From positions 67,084,001-67,148,000 of the forward strand of contig OX597828.1 in assembly GCA_951406725.2 (NCBI GenBank): a stretch of 64,000 nt of DNA, written 5' to 3'. This document shows, piece by piece, positions 1 to 12,667 of the stretch. Under the pieces are notes generated by a model. It ran no database searches and was not told the origin of the DNA. It worked only from the letters and a program-made list of their open reading frames with translations. The DNA comes from Octopus vulgaris. Its lineage: Eukaryota. How positions within the stretch are numbered: position 1 is the first letter of the stretch; each line of letters opens with the position of its first letter. Position numbers and translations under genes: made by a program.

Positions 1-197
1 ATAAGCACCAATCTCATTAATTTAGGGGCCAATATTCTGTTGACTGGGCAATCCTTCTTTTATAAACAAAGGCCTTAGCAATTTGTCAAATTATTTTATT
101 TTCGTAATCATCATCATCATCATCATCGTCGTCGTCGTCGTCGTCATCATTTTATTTTTGCAAATAGCAAATACTTATTTTCTTCCCAGATACAGGT

Positions 198-573
198 ACA
201 GGAGTGGCTGTGTGGTAAGAAGTTTGCTTCCCAACCACGTGGTTTCGAAATCAGTCTCACTGCGCGGCACCTTGGTCTCGGGTTGACCAAAGCCTTGTGA
301 GTGGATTTTGTAGACGAAAACTGAAAAAAAAAACTCATCGTATATGTGTGTGTGTGTTTGTGTATGTATAAACACACCACCACTACTTGAAAACTGGTGG
401 TGGTGTGTTTATGTCCCCTTAACTTAGCATGGCGGCAAAAAATGGACCAATAGATACGTAGCAGGCTCCCCCCCCAAAAAAGTATTAGATTCGTTCGACT
501 GAAATTCCTTAAGGCAGCACGGTCTGATGACTGAAACACGGTAGCAGTCTTAAAGACTGAAACAAATAAAAGA
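198..573 (+). mobile_element. tRNA-derived SINE family A (CORE-like body, internal TA/TG microsatellite), diverged copy
   Basis: Head caggagtggctgtgtggtaagaag..., body ccaaagccttgtgagtggattt, internal (TG)n and tail gactgaaacaaataaaaga; colinear with the intact copy at 59456-59877. Confidence 0.8.
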
Positions 574-583
574 TGAGAGATAA

Positions 584-591
584 ACATATGC

Positions 592-645
<54 letters not shown>

Positions 646-653
646 ATGTGTGT

Positions 654-708
<55 letters not shown>

Positions 709-720
709 TATATATATATG
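584..720. repeat. (TA)n microsatellite
   Basis: Direct reading. A similar tract lies at 1100-1172. Confidence 0.95.
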
Positions 721-1096
721 TTTGTACTGTCGTTACCGTCTTGTTTTACCCTCTGGAAAAGATCTCAGAATTTTAATTGATTTGCTTTTCAGGAAGGAAG
801 TTTTCTCGAAGTATACGTCTCGCTTTTATCCTTCGAAACGTTTAGTAGATGAAACCTTAGCGACTGAAGAAGGGATTTTTCGTTGTGTTTATTGTCCTGT
901 ATCTCTTTTTTGCTTGTCTTGTTCCTTGTTTGTGTCTATGTTTTTCGTCTCTCTATGTGTTCGACGTCTTTTGGTGTCCTGTGTGTATATGTACATGTAG
1001 AGTATACGTACATATATGTTTATATATATGCATATGTTCTATTTTATTAACCTACATATATATATATATGCACACACGCACGTGCGCGCATGTGTG

Positions 1097-1166
<70 letters not shown>

Positions 1167-1963
1167 TATATATATCAATCACCATCTCTAGCGCACAGTT
1201 ATGGTAAATATCAAGAGTGGTCTATTCTATGATAGAAATTGGTCATGCTCAAATTATTTTTCTTTTCTTCTCCCTTTTGTCTTGTCTTTTCTTTCATTTC
1301 CTTTATCTTGAAAAGATCAATGACTAAATTTTTCTTCTATTTTGTATTTCTCCAATTTTATACGTTATCATTAGTCTTCGTCGTCTTCACTTTTGTTGTT
1401 GTTGTTGTTGTAGTTGTTGTTGTTGTTAGTCATTTGGTGCAGAATACAGTTAACCTCTTGACACTTGAAATGTAGTCACTCGAAATATTTTAATGAACCT
1501 TTCATTTTGATTAGTGTCAGTGTCATTTCTACGATAGACTATAATATTGCTTTCCATATTAATTGCGCTCTACTTTGCTCAGTCAGCCACGCTCACTCTC
1601 GCGCTTGCTCTCCTACTCCTTCCTTTCCTCGCTTACTATTTCACTCACTCATTCCTCCACTCACTTTTGAACCTATATTTCCAAGCAGAAGAAATGAACT
1701 TTGTTTTTCCATGCTTGATTTTTCTCAAGGGTCTGAATTTCGCAACAATTTGCGCAAAGGTCTTCGGATTTGCATTTTTTTCTTTTTCTTTTCCTTTTTT
1801 TATTCCCAGGAAGATTGGGTGGAGTCTTTTCTTGCAATATAAACCGGTGGAAAAAAAATTTCTTCATTTTATTTCTTATTTTTTTCTTTTCTTTTCTTTA
1901 AATGACTTTCTTACAGGAAGGAAACCAGCACCAATAACCTTTGCTAGGAACAGGGGGGGGGGG

Positions 1964-2214
1964 GGGCGAGCTGGCAGATTCGTTATTGCGCCGAACAAAA
2001 TGCTTAACGGTATTTCGTCCGTCTTCATGTTCTGAGTTCAAATTCCACCGAGGCTGACTTTGCCTTTCATCCCTTCGAGGTCGATGTTGTTGATTTTAGT
2101 TATTTAGTGCAGAATGCAGTTAACTTCCTGACACTTGGAATGTAACACTAGGGATCGATGTAATCGACTTACACCCTCCCCTAAACTGTTGGCTTCGTGC
2201 CAGAATTTGAAACC
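1964..2214 (+). mobile_element. tRNA-derived SINE family B (Nin/Deu-like central domain)
   Basis: ggcgagctggcaga... head, B-box-like gagttcaaattcc, and ccgaggctgactttgcctttcatcccttcgaggtcgat. Interrupted by a ~60-bp insert. Confidence 0.8.
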
Positions 2215-2789
2215 TTTGTCAGGAAATCTGAGGACAAAGAAATGATAGAAGAAAGCTCAGACCAGAATGGGTTCTGTTAAAGAGGGCCAATGACCAAGTT
2301 GTTATGATAAACAGGGCGATGGATTAACACGCCATGAAAGTACTTTGTAATGTACTCGATAAAAGGTCACATGACAAATGATAGAGAATTGGGTTCAAGA
2401 CCAGGCTTTGGCTTTTGCTGTTCTTTTACTAGATTTATATTTTCTGGGATATGAAGAAATCAGTAGAACTTTAAATAAAATAAATTGTCGTTCATGGTGA
2501 CATTGTTTAATTTTTGAAAACGATTCAGGTCAACTTTGCAGTTCATATTTCTGACCTTGATGAAATAGATACCAATTTACAAGAAGTACTGGGGTCAATA
2601 TAATTGATTAAACACTCCAAGGTGATGCTCCAGCGTGGCCACACTGAAATGATTCTAGAAATTTGCTTCCCAACAGGGCCTGGTACATTGAGTAAATATC
2701 TTTTATGACACCTTTGGGATACCATAGTGATTTCTGAGTAAAACCGGCAAATGTAAAGTAAATAGCATTCGGTCGATGTATACACACGC

Positions 2790-3660
2790 ACACATACATA
2801 CATACATACATACATACATACATACATACATGCATACATACATGCATGCATACATACATACATACATACATACATACATACATACATACATACATACATA
2901 CATACATACATACATACATACATACATACATACATACATGCATGCATGCATGCATACATACATACATACATACATACATGCATACATACATACATACATA
3001 CATACATGCATACATGCATACATACATACATGCATACATACATACATACATACATACATACATACATACATACATACATACATACATACATACATGCATA
3101 CATGCATGCATACATACATACATACATACATACATACATACATACATACATACATACATACATACATACATACATACATACATACATACATGCATACATA
3201 CATACATACATGCATGCATGCATACATACATACATACATACATACATACATACATACATGCATACATGCATACATACATACATACATACATACATGCATA
3301 CATACATACATACATACATACATACATACATACATACATACATACATGCATGCATACATACATGCATGCATGCATGCATACATACATACATACATACATA
3401 CATACATACATGCATACATACATACATTCATACATACATACATACATACATACATGCATACATACATACATACATGCATACATGCATGCATACATACATA
3501 CATACATACATACATACATACATACATACATACATACATACATGCATACATACATACATGCATGCATGCATACATACATACATGCATGCATGCATGCATA
3601 CATACATACATACATACATACATACATGCATACATGCATACATACATACATACATACATA
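2790..3660. repeat. Long (CATA)n/(CATG) tetranucleotide array, ~870 bp
   Basis: Direct reading; source of the spurious MYVC/HTYI ORFs. Confidence 0.97.
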
Positions 3661-3689
3661 AAAAGTATCAAAGGTCCTTCCTTAGTCTG

Positions 3690-3910
3690 AGACTCCATAA
3701 GGTCGGTTTCCCTGATTCTGTGGCGAATAAACTCTCCCAACCCTGGATTGAACACCGGTCCGTCGCATTCGTTTTTGCCGGCTGAGTGGTCTGGAGCAAC
3801 GTGAAAGGAATCTTGAACTCAAGAACACAACGCGTCACCCGGTCCAGGAATCGAAACTACAAACTTACGATCACGAGTGCACACTCTAACCACTAAGTCA
3901 CGCACATCCC
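3690..3910 (-). mobile_element. tRNA-derived SINE with CORE/Meta-like body, diverged
   Basis: Minus strand reads gtgcgtgacttagtggttagagtg...gtttcgattcctggaccggg (A/B boxes), then gttgtgttcttgag...tttcacgttgctccagaccactcagc. A related head lies at 43010-43325. Confidence 0.6.
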
Positions 3911-4684
3911 CCAGCCCAATGCATACATACACACTCACATCCAAACATACATACATACATACACACTCATGTATAAATTAAAATTGACGACTTCTCATTC
4001 AAGAATCAACACAAAGAACTAATTTTTTAACTAATAAAAAAGAAGAGGAAAAAAAAAACGGGTGGTTGGGTGAAAAAAAGCTCGACGTCAAGATGATAGT
4101 CTAAAAATGATAATGAGCAATCTTTTCAATGTTGCTATGGTTACATTAAATTCAAAATTTTGCTTTCCATTCAACAATAGTTATTAAAGTTATTTGAAAT
4201 TCATCAATTTTGCTTCCGTTCATCCATTCAGCAATGACAAAACTAACTTAATTATAGAGCTTCAGTTAATTACCAGCTTCAAAAGAGCATTAATTTTTGT
4301 CTTCTTTTCTTCTTCTTTTAAAGTAAATGCAGTCTTAAGTGATATTTTGCTATAGCTTTGTAATATTACCAAATATTTCTGGAGCAGCCTTGTTGTTGTA
4401 ATTGTTGTTGTTGTTAGTACTACTAGCTGATAATTTCACCTAATTAAACAGGGTTATTCTGTTAGGCCGGCTATAGTACCTTCAACCCATCACACGTAAA
4501 TATTGGTATGGAGCAAGATGAATGTGCAAGAAAGCTAAAAGATTCTAAAGAAAAAAGATGGAGAGATCCCAGATAATTAAGAAATGAATTGCCTGCCTAA
4601 GCAACATATGAAATGTAAGCGAAGTGAATAAAAAATTACCTGTAATCAAAATTACCTTATAAAATTAGTTTCTAAAAATAATAT

Positions 4685-4900
4685 TTTTCTAATTTTGCCA
4701 CGAGGCTATGAGTTTTTGAGGGGAGGGGCTAAGCCGATTACATCGACACAGTTCTGAACTGGTAATTATTTTAACGACCCAGAAAGAATGAAAGGTAAAA
4801 TCGACCTCGGCATCATTTCAACTCAGAATATAAAGAATGGGAAGAAATGCTACTAAGCATTTTGCCCGGTGCGGTACCAATTCTGCTAGCTCGCCGCCAC
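4685..4900 (-). mobile_element. SINE family B copy
   Basis: Reverse complement of the family B head and body (gatgaaaggtaaaatcgacctcggc...ctagctcgccgcc). Confidence 0.75.
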
Positions 4901-5219
4901 TGCTCCAGAATGGCAAAGCCATCTCGGTTGGATTCGAATATCGATACTTAAAGATTAAGGCGGAATACCGCAAAGCATTTTGTCCAATGCTCTAACGATA
5001 CGCTACCATTTTATGGGAGAATATATATTTTTATGTATATATATAACAATAATTAAGGGTTTAGCAACAAATTGCTTAACCACATACCGAAAAATTTAGA
5101 AATAGCAGCCAAAAGACCGTTATTTCTTTTCGCTACAAAATATGACTCCATAGATAACACTCTCTGTATCACACGGGCAAAAAAAAAAAAAGAGAAAGAA
5201 CGGTCTTATATATATATAA

Positions 5220-5424
5220 AGTTAATCCAAACATGAAAACATAAAGAGAAAACACAACAACGCGAGGTCGTGGAACAAATATAGTATTATTGGACGCTCA
5301 GGAAGTAAGGGAAGAAGGAGGGTTTAACGTTTCGAGCGGAGCTCTTCGTCAGAAACATAGGAAAAGGAAAGATCTAGAGAAGGGAAGACGGGGGAAAAAA
5401 TCGCCAACGGTACACACGCGGTCT
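5220..5424 (-). mobile_element. Short non-coding PLE/retrozyme-like element carrying a hammerhead
   Basis: Contains the hammerhead at 5322-5356 and shares gtatta..acgctcaggaa with the elements at 30232 and 33011. Confidence 0.6.
5322..5356 (-). ncRNA. Minimal type-I hammerhead ribozyme motif
   Basis: Minus strand: GTTT-CTGACGA-A-GAGC tcc GCTC-GAAA-CG-TT-AAAC. Stem I gttt/aaac, stem II gagc/gctc, palindromic vestigial stem III. Confidence 0.75.
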
Positions 5425-5904
5425 GCAGCATAGATAACTTCATTGGTCCCATATACTAGGATGAAGTGAAGTACAACAGCAACCATAACAGCAGAGATAT
5501 AGTAACTGACTCGTTCTGACCAAATCCCCATTACTCGCCTCTGTAGTGGCGACCATCAGTATATCCAGAGGTACAGAAAGAGACTGTACAGTGGTGAATG
5601 GGTGATGATATGTCTTGGCCACCATATATACCCTATACATGTCCTTCCTGTATATTGGAATGTGTAACATAGTCTTCAGTCGGTAACGAGGAAGATTGCT
5701 CTGTGAGTGACGCACGTCGTTAGCTTGTGTATTATAAGATTTTGGGATGGGGCTGCATAAAGATAACTGCCTGCCTGCAATATGTCTGCGGCGTTACGAC
5801 TGACTTGACAGTCAAGAGAAACTAGTTGGGTGTTATTGGAACATTATTAACTTGCAGATGATCATCATCCAGTGCACTGTAGCCATCAATGGTTGTTGAT
5901 ATGA

Positions 5905-6352
5905 TACGAAGGTGTGCTGAAAAGTTACATCGACCCCAGTGTGTAACTTGTACTTATTTAATCGACCCCGAAGGGATGAAAGGCAAAGTTGCCCTCGGCG
6001 GAATTTGAACTCAGAACGTAGCGGCAGACGAAAAACCTATTTCTTTACTACCCACAAGGGGCTAAACACAGAGGGGACGAACAAGGACAGACACACGGAT
6101 TAAGTCGATTATATCGACCCCAGTGTGTAACTGGTACTTATTTAATCGACCCCGAAAGGATGAAAGGCAAAGTCGACCTCGTCGGAATTTGAACTCAGAA
6201 CGTAACGGCATATATACCCCTCTCAGATTCACACATTTATTGCAGCAGTCCTTAAGTTTTTCTAAGCCTTGTAAAAGCACTCGGAAAGTTGGGCCTCCAA
6301 CAAGGTTTTTCGCGATACCCTTAAAGGCAGGAACATTTCAGCAATCCCTCGT
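5905..6352 (-). mobile_element. Mariner-derived MITE interrupted by a SINE B dimer (5925-6210)
   Basis: TIR-like ends tacgaaggtgtgctgaaaagtt / aacatttcagcaatccctcgt. Minus-strand peptide QGLEKLKDCCNKCVNLRGVY resembles a mariner transposase C-terminus. Confidence 0.7.
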
Positions 6353-6689
6353 GCATTTATAAGATTTTGGTTCGTGAGGAAACGCTCTGTAGCAAACAAA
6401 ACTCCTTTTTCACCTGAGCAAATTGAAATGAATTGTCTTGACAAAGGACATGTGATCTGCTTGGTCTGTGAGTCGAACCCACCGCGAGTTCCACGGTCTA
6501 ACCACTGGGCCATGCACCTTCTGATTTGGAGACGAACAACAATACCTACTTGAGGGTCGCAGAATGCCTGATCAAGATTGACTTTGTGCTAAGTGTGCCA
6601 TGTGTGCTATAGGACCGTTGGACCAAGGCCAACCTGGAACAATACAACAACAACAACAACATCAACAACAAAGCCAAAGCAGAAAATTT

Positions 6690-6870
6690 TTTCACTGTTG
6701 CTCGGCCTGCTAGAAATAGCAACAAAATATGCTTCCTATATAAAAGACACATTGTTTAACATATTTCTGGATACACAAATAAACGGAGAAGTACAGGATG
6801 GCTATGGCTGGAAGGTCTTTGATCTTAGATTTGCACAGTTAGAGATGACTTGAGGTGAAACACCAATAAT
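6690..6870 (+). repeat. Unclassified interspersed repeat family D (ctagaaatagcagccaaat... motif)
   Basis: Related diverged copies at ~10815-10985(-), 11760-11930(-), 12080-12850(+, split by SINE A), 26005-26185(+) and 51505-51640(+). Confidence 0.55.
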
Positions 6871-7079
6871 AACAACAGGAACAACAATGATTTTCATTCT
6901 TCTGGATCTGAATAACATGAAGCACCAATTAGCTATTGGGTATAATCGATTTTATAACATATAGGTGACCTTGTATCTATTCAAGAAGTCGTGCATTTTA
7001 AAGGTGATAACGCACACACATACACACACACACACACTCATGTGTGTACGCACACTATGTATGTATTTATGTATGAAAG

Positions 7080-7093
7080 TATATAAATAGATC

Positions 7094-7128
<35 letters not shown>

Positions 7129-7183
7129 TATATCCGTAAAAGAAGCATGTGTGTATGTATGTATGTCTATAGGTATGTATGTA

Positions 7184-7224
<41 letters not shown>

Positions 7225-7329
7225 GAATATATATATGTATCTATATATATATGTATATATATATATATATATATGTATGTATTTATGTATGTATGTATGT
7301 ATATATATGTATCTATGTATATATGTATG

Positions 7330-7363
<34 letters not shown>

Positions 7364-7477
7364 TGTATGTATGTATATGTATATATGTACGTATGTATGT
7401 ATATATGTACGTATGTATGTATGTATGTATGTATGTATGTATGTATGTATGTATGTATGTATGTATGTATGTATGTG
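7080..7477. repeat. (TA)n/(TATG)n compound microsatellite
   Basis: Direct reading. Confidence 0.95.
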
Positions 7478-8194
7478 TAACGGCGGTGATGATGAATATA
7501 ACTTCTTTCTTATCGATTCAAGAGAATCATTAAATAGTTAGAAGTTCACCTTCTTTCGTCAGTCGAACTTTTAGAATAACTTCTACAAATGTGATTATCT
7601 ACCATGAGATTCTAGAAAAGCAATTTACCAATAAGCAATAAAAAAAAATACAAACTCAGAAGCAAAAACATACAAAAACCTCGAGAAAAAAAATCAACAA
7701 CAATAATAATGAGAACAACAGCAGCAGCAGCAGCAGCAACAACAACAACAACCACATCAACAACAATAACAATAACAGCTGCACCAACATCGACAACCAA
7801 TGACTGTGTTTGCTTACTGCTTGGTCATTTGCTAATTTGAGATCAATAGCTGCTGGAGATTGAAACAATACCTCGTTCAATTGTTTTCTAATTAATGATG
7901 CATATGTGTATGATTAGACGTGTGTGTGGAGTTGAGTGTTTATGTGTCCATGTGTGTGTATATGTGTGTGAAAACAACGTCGACGTATAAGGCTTGAGAT
8001 AAAGAAGAAAAAGAGAGAACTTTACGCTGAATGTAGAGTGAGATAATTCCTCAGATGCTGGAACTTCTCAAATCGCTACTCAGAGTTTCTCGGTGCCGAT
8101 TATGAAAACCGAAACACGAAATTCGGGCATCGTTAGTTGATTGGTTGATATAGAATTACAAAGAATATAATTGGATAATGATGTAACTGCCGTA

Positions 8195-8780
8195 TGTGTG
8201 TCATTATTCAGTTTTATTTCAAGATTTCTTGCCAATAGAGAAAGAGCCGGTTTCTAACCTAGATCCACGGTTCCTTCATTAGAATTTCAACATCAACAAC
8301 AGAGTATTTTTGTATGTATGTATTTATGTATATGTGCAGATTTGTAAGTTTTGTATTCTCATGCATATAGTTGCACGTCTAGACATGCTCACTTATACTT
8401 AAATGACAAACTTCTGGAAAGTTTCACAGATTTTTACAGTTCTAGTGATGGTTTGAACCAGCAGTCTTCGAATCAGCTTTCTCCTTTTTCGTTTTCAGAA
8501 GCATAATTTTGCAAGATTGGTATTTTGGCAGTGTATTATATATCCCAGTACCTTAATAGTTACAAGTATAAACCTCAACTTGTAATCTGCATAGAATAAT
8601 TGTAGCTTCCTCTATAGTTCAGAGAAGGTATTTTGTTTTCCGCTGATCTTTAGCGTTATATCAACATTCGCTGGGAAGCTGATTTCAACAACTGTACATA
8701 ATTTCACTTCTCTGTCCCAAATTACTATGTCAGGTCTATTATACTTAAATCTTATAGAAGTTTTTACTGGGACATTTCAT
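8195..8780 (-). mobile_element. R4/Dong-type (RLE endonuclease) LINE, 3' fragment
   Basis: Minus-strand translation NVPVKTSIRFKYNRPDIVIWDREVKLCTVVEISFP...RKLIRRLLVQTITRTVKICETFQKFVI* contains the PD-(D/E) restriction-like motif. One internal stop, then a 3' UTR. Confidence 0.75.
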
Positions 8781-9175
8781 GTATGTATGTATGTATGTAT
8801 GTATGTATGTATGTATGTATGTATGTATGTATGTATGTATGTATGTTTGTATGTATGTATGTATGCATGTATGTATTATATATGTACATATGTATGTATC
8901 TATGTCATTCAGTTTATTTCAAAGGCTGTGTGGTAAGTAGCTTACTTCCCAACCACATGGTTCCGGGTTCAGTCTCACTGCGTGGCACCTTGGGCAAATG
9001 CCTTTCTACTATAGCCTCGGGTTTACCTTGCAGTTGAGCTTCACAAGTTCAATATTTCACGACGCTGCACACCAGCGTCGTGACTCTTCTCAGTGTAAAG
9101 AAAACACTGACACACGGATGCGCCGAAGCAAGCTTCTTACCATACAGCCACACCTGTGCCTATATATACATCTTT

Positions 9176-9406
9176 AAGGCGGCGAGCTGGCAGAAACGTT
9201 AGCACGCAGGCGAAATGCATAGCTGTATTTCGTCTGCCGTTACGTTCTGAGTTCAAGTTCCGCCGAGGTCGACTTTGCCTTTCATCCTTTCGGGGTCGAT
9301 AAATTAAGTACGAGTTACGCACTGGGGTCGATATAATCAACTTAATCTGTTTGTCTCTCCTTGTTTGTCCCCTCTGTGTTTAGCCCCTTGTGGGCAATAA
9401 AGAAAT
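9176..9406 (+). mobile_element. SINE family B, full-length copy
   Basis: aaggcggcgagctggcagaaacgttagc...gagttcaagttccgccgaggtcgactttgcctttcatcctttcggggtcgat...ccccttgtgggcaataaagaaat. Confidence 0.9.
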
Positions 9407-9537
9407 ATATATATACATCTTCGAGTCATTAGTTTAATTAATAAAAATATCCACCAAATTTTATCTAAGAAGTTTGCCATATTTTGTGGTCCATGTTGTA
9501 AACGATAACTTAACGATACATACATACATACACAAAG

Positions 9538-10297
9538 ATGCAATGATGCATCTTTCCAAGTGCATATTACTAATCTGGTGATAAAATGCAGACGGCTAGC
9601 TGGATGGATTCTCCGAACTTTCAGAACAAGAGAGAAGGAGACACTGATGGTCCTCTAGAAAACTTTCGTCCTCAGCCGCTTGGACTACTGCTCCCAACTA
9701 TGGTCACCACACAATATAAAACTAACAGCAGAACTCGCAGCAATTTAAAGAAGCTACACAAAGAAGATCGTCTCAATGTAAAATATCAGCTACTGGGAAA
9801 GACTGAAAGTATTAAACCCCTTCTCCTTAGAGCGAAGGCGGGAGAGATATGCGGTGATATACATCTGGAAAATCCGGGAGGGTCTTGTCCCAAACTTTGG
9901 CATTCAAAGTTACCCCAACCGCAGAACGGGGCGCCACTGCATGGTGCCAAAGATTCCAACATCACCATCAAAATACAGGACAGATACTGCAACAGCTTGG
10001 GTTTCAGAGGACCACAGCTCTTTAACATCCTCCCTAAATGCTTGAGAGACTTACATGGTGTGGATGTGGGTTTCTTTAAAACTAAACTGGATCTCTTCTT
10101 GTTGGGAGTCCCAGATGAACCTACTTCACGACAGGAGACACAGATGCGGGCAGCGGCATCGAACTCCCTTGTTGACCAAGTGCCACGTATCACATATTAG
10201 TGTAGCTGTGGATTCACATATTAGTGTAGCTCATTCAGCGGTGGTGCCCCAGCATGGCCGCGGCCTTCGGGCTAAAACATTTTTAAGGATTTAAGGA
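9538..10297 (+). mobile_element. CR1/L2-group LINE, 5'-truncated 3' end
   Basis: Frameshifted peptides GWILRTFRTREKETLMVL*KTFVLSRLDYCSQLWSP, IYIWKI.EGLVPNFG and RGPQLFNILP...KTKLDLFL.GVPDEP; short 3' UTR and (tttaagga) tail; flanked by (CATA)n on both sides. Confidence 0.85.
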
Positions 10298-11059
10298 CAT
10301 ACATACATACATACACACATACATACATACATACATACATACATACATACATACATACATACATACATACATACATACATACATACATGTTCACGCTGGT
10401 ACAGGTTTATGACGTAAATTACTGGAGGATGCTATGACCTTGGGGAGGGGCGAATAGTGTATTTGTATTTGAGAAAGGAAAATGTTTAGAGGTTAAATCT
10501 CTCGAGGACCTTAGTCTTCAACAAGAATTAAGGATCAAAGGTTTTAGAATTCTGGAATATATCCCCAGACAGGAAAATCATAGTTGATATCGGTTTCAAA
10601 TTTTGGCAAAGGTCAGCAACTACAAGGGAAGAGGGTAAGTCGATTACATGGACACCAGTGTATAACTGGTACTTATTTCATTGTCCCCGAAAGGGTGAAA
10701 AGCAAAGTGGACCTCGGCGTAATTAGAATTCAGAGCATAAAGACGGACAAATCACAGTTAATATCAACGACGGGTTTGGTTGTTGCTACTGTTGTTGTTG
10801 TTGTTGTTTTTCTGTAGGTTTACGTTGACTGAACAGACTTACAATCAACGGCGCTCCAATAGTGATCATCCAATCTGTTTTCCAAATCTTATATCAGACG
10901 TGGTCTCCTGAAGATTTCATATTTCAACATGTATCTAGTTTTATTTAGAGACAGCAGTAGTTGCTATTTCTAGGTGGTCGAACCGAGATGCTGCTCTTAT
11001 TGATGTTTTTTCATTTTTATCTTTTATCTTTTTTCTTCTTTCTTTCTTCTTTTTTCTTC

Positions 11060-11340
11060 TTTACATTGCGATCATGCTGGGGCGCCCCCTTGAAAACATT
11101 TCTAGTCGAATGAATTGATCCCAGTCAATTTTAAAGCCTGTCACTTATGACGAATCGGAGAGGTAAGCACACCAGCGCCAGTTGTGGTGTAGGACGAGCA
11201 CACACACACACACACACACGCGCGCGCGACGGGCCTACCGATTTCACTCTCAAGGCTTTGGTCGGCCCGAGGTTATAGTAGAAGACACCTGCAGAAGGTC
11301 CCACGCAGTGGACTGAACACGGAACCATGTGGTTGGGAAG
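11060..11340 (-). mobile_element. SINE family A copy
   Basis: Reverse complement of the family A tail, body and head (caaggctttggtcggcccgagg...ggaaccatgtggttgggaag). Confidence 0.75.
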
Positions 11341-11355
11341 CTGTACCCTGATGCT

Positions 11356-11727
11356 TGTTTGTTTGTTTGTTTGTTGAGCGAAGCGGTCTCAGTGGGAGAA
11401 GTCCGAAACGTGGTCCTTTGCTATTCGTAAGACCCGCAGAAGAGAAAGCAGGTCAACCCCCAACACCGAGAGCATCGACGGATGGATAAATGCGCATCCA
11501 GGCTCAGCGGTTGCGTAGGAAGTCGGGGACAAGAAACAGGAAGAAAGAGTGAGAGAAAGTTGGAGCTAAAGAGTACAACAGGGGTCGGCACCACCCCCTG
11601 CCGGAGCCTCGTGAAGCTTTAGGTGTTTTCTCTCAATAAACACACACAACGCCCGGTCTAGGAATCGAAACCGCGATCCTCCGACCGCGAGTCCACTGCC
11701 CTAACCATTGGGCCATTGCGCCTCCAC
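11356..11727 (-). mobile_element. tRNA-derived SINE family C, full length with TSD
   Basis: Minus-strand head gtggaggcgcaatggcccaatggttagggcag...ggtttcgattcc, (AAAC)n tail, flanking direct repeat ccctgatgct. A near-identical copy lies at 41594-41978. Confidence 0.9.
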
Positions 11728-12139
11728 TTGCCCCTGATGCTCTTGATATCAACTTCATGTCAATCCTGATAGAGCTGATGTATGATGATAAACATCCCAT
11801 CCGTGACCATACCTTCTTTCGGTATACTTAGATGGACATTATCAAAAATATCCTTCCTTTTGAAGACGGTGGGTATGCTATCTAAAGGATTTAGGCTGCT
11901 ACTTCTAGCAAGTCGAGTGACCATGTAGTATCTTGCACAGGACTCGTTGGCTAATATTAGAAATCAAATCAATTTACTATATCTGTCTCCTTCTACAAAG
12001 TTTTGGATTTGCTGCCAAAAATAGGGGACACTGCAATAGTGAAGGGGTCAACGACACAATAACAACAATGCCAGTTTACTAGAGCGACTCTTCCCAGTCA
12101 CTTGACATACTAGACAAAGCAGCTAAATATCAACATTCT

Positions 12140-12429
12140 TTTGTTTTTTATTTGTTTCTGTCATTGTACTGCGGTCATGCTGGAGCACGTCCTTAAGAGG
12201 TTTTTAGTCGAACAAATCGATCCCAAGATTTATTCTTTGTAAGCCTAGTACTTATTCTGTCCATCTTTTTTGCCGAACCACTAAGTAACGGGAACATAAA
12301 CACACCAGCATCGGTTGCCAAGCGATGGTCCGTGTGGGGAAACATACACAGACACAAACAAACACACACATACACACACGCACACGCATACATACATACA
12401 TACATACACACACACATACACACACACGC

Positions 12430-12515
<86 letters not shown>

Positions 12516-12667
12516 GATGGTTTTCTTTCAGTTTCCAAATCCACTCACAAGGCTTTGGTCGACTCGAGGCTATAGTAGAAGACTCTTACTCAAGGTACCC
12601 GCAATGGAGCTGAACCCGAAACCATGTGGTTGAGAAACAAGCTTCTTACCACACAGCCACGCCTGCG
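12140..12667 (-). mobile_element. SINE family A copy with expanded internal microsatellite
   Basis: Tail at 12140-12360, (CA)/(TA) tract, head ending cttcttaccacacagccacgcctgcg. Confidence 0.85.

Noticed and set aside
520-545. CTGATGA-ct-GAAAC hammerhead-like string
   Set aside because: No stem II is possible; it is a mutated SINE A tail (cagtcaaatgactgaaac).
785-850. gaagg...ccttc-GAAACGTT hammerhead-like 3' half; similar partial motifs at ~8095-8135 and 23555-23600
   Set aside because: No recognisable CUGAnGA core; too degenerate to call.
2543-3785. Long ORFs (up to 350 aa) of MYVC/HTYI repeats; likewise 22664-23562, 52134-52976 and 62364-63374
   Set aside because: These are translations of (CATA)n/(TA)n microsatellites, which lack stop codons; not genes.
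9176-9265. tRNA gene-like A/B boxes (also the heads of SINE A and C)
   Set aside because: Followed by SINE body and tail in many copies, with no convincing cloverleaf.
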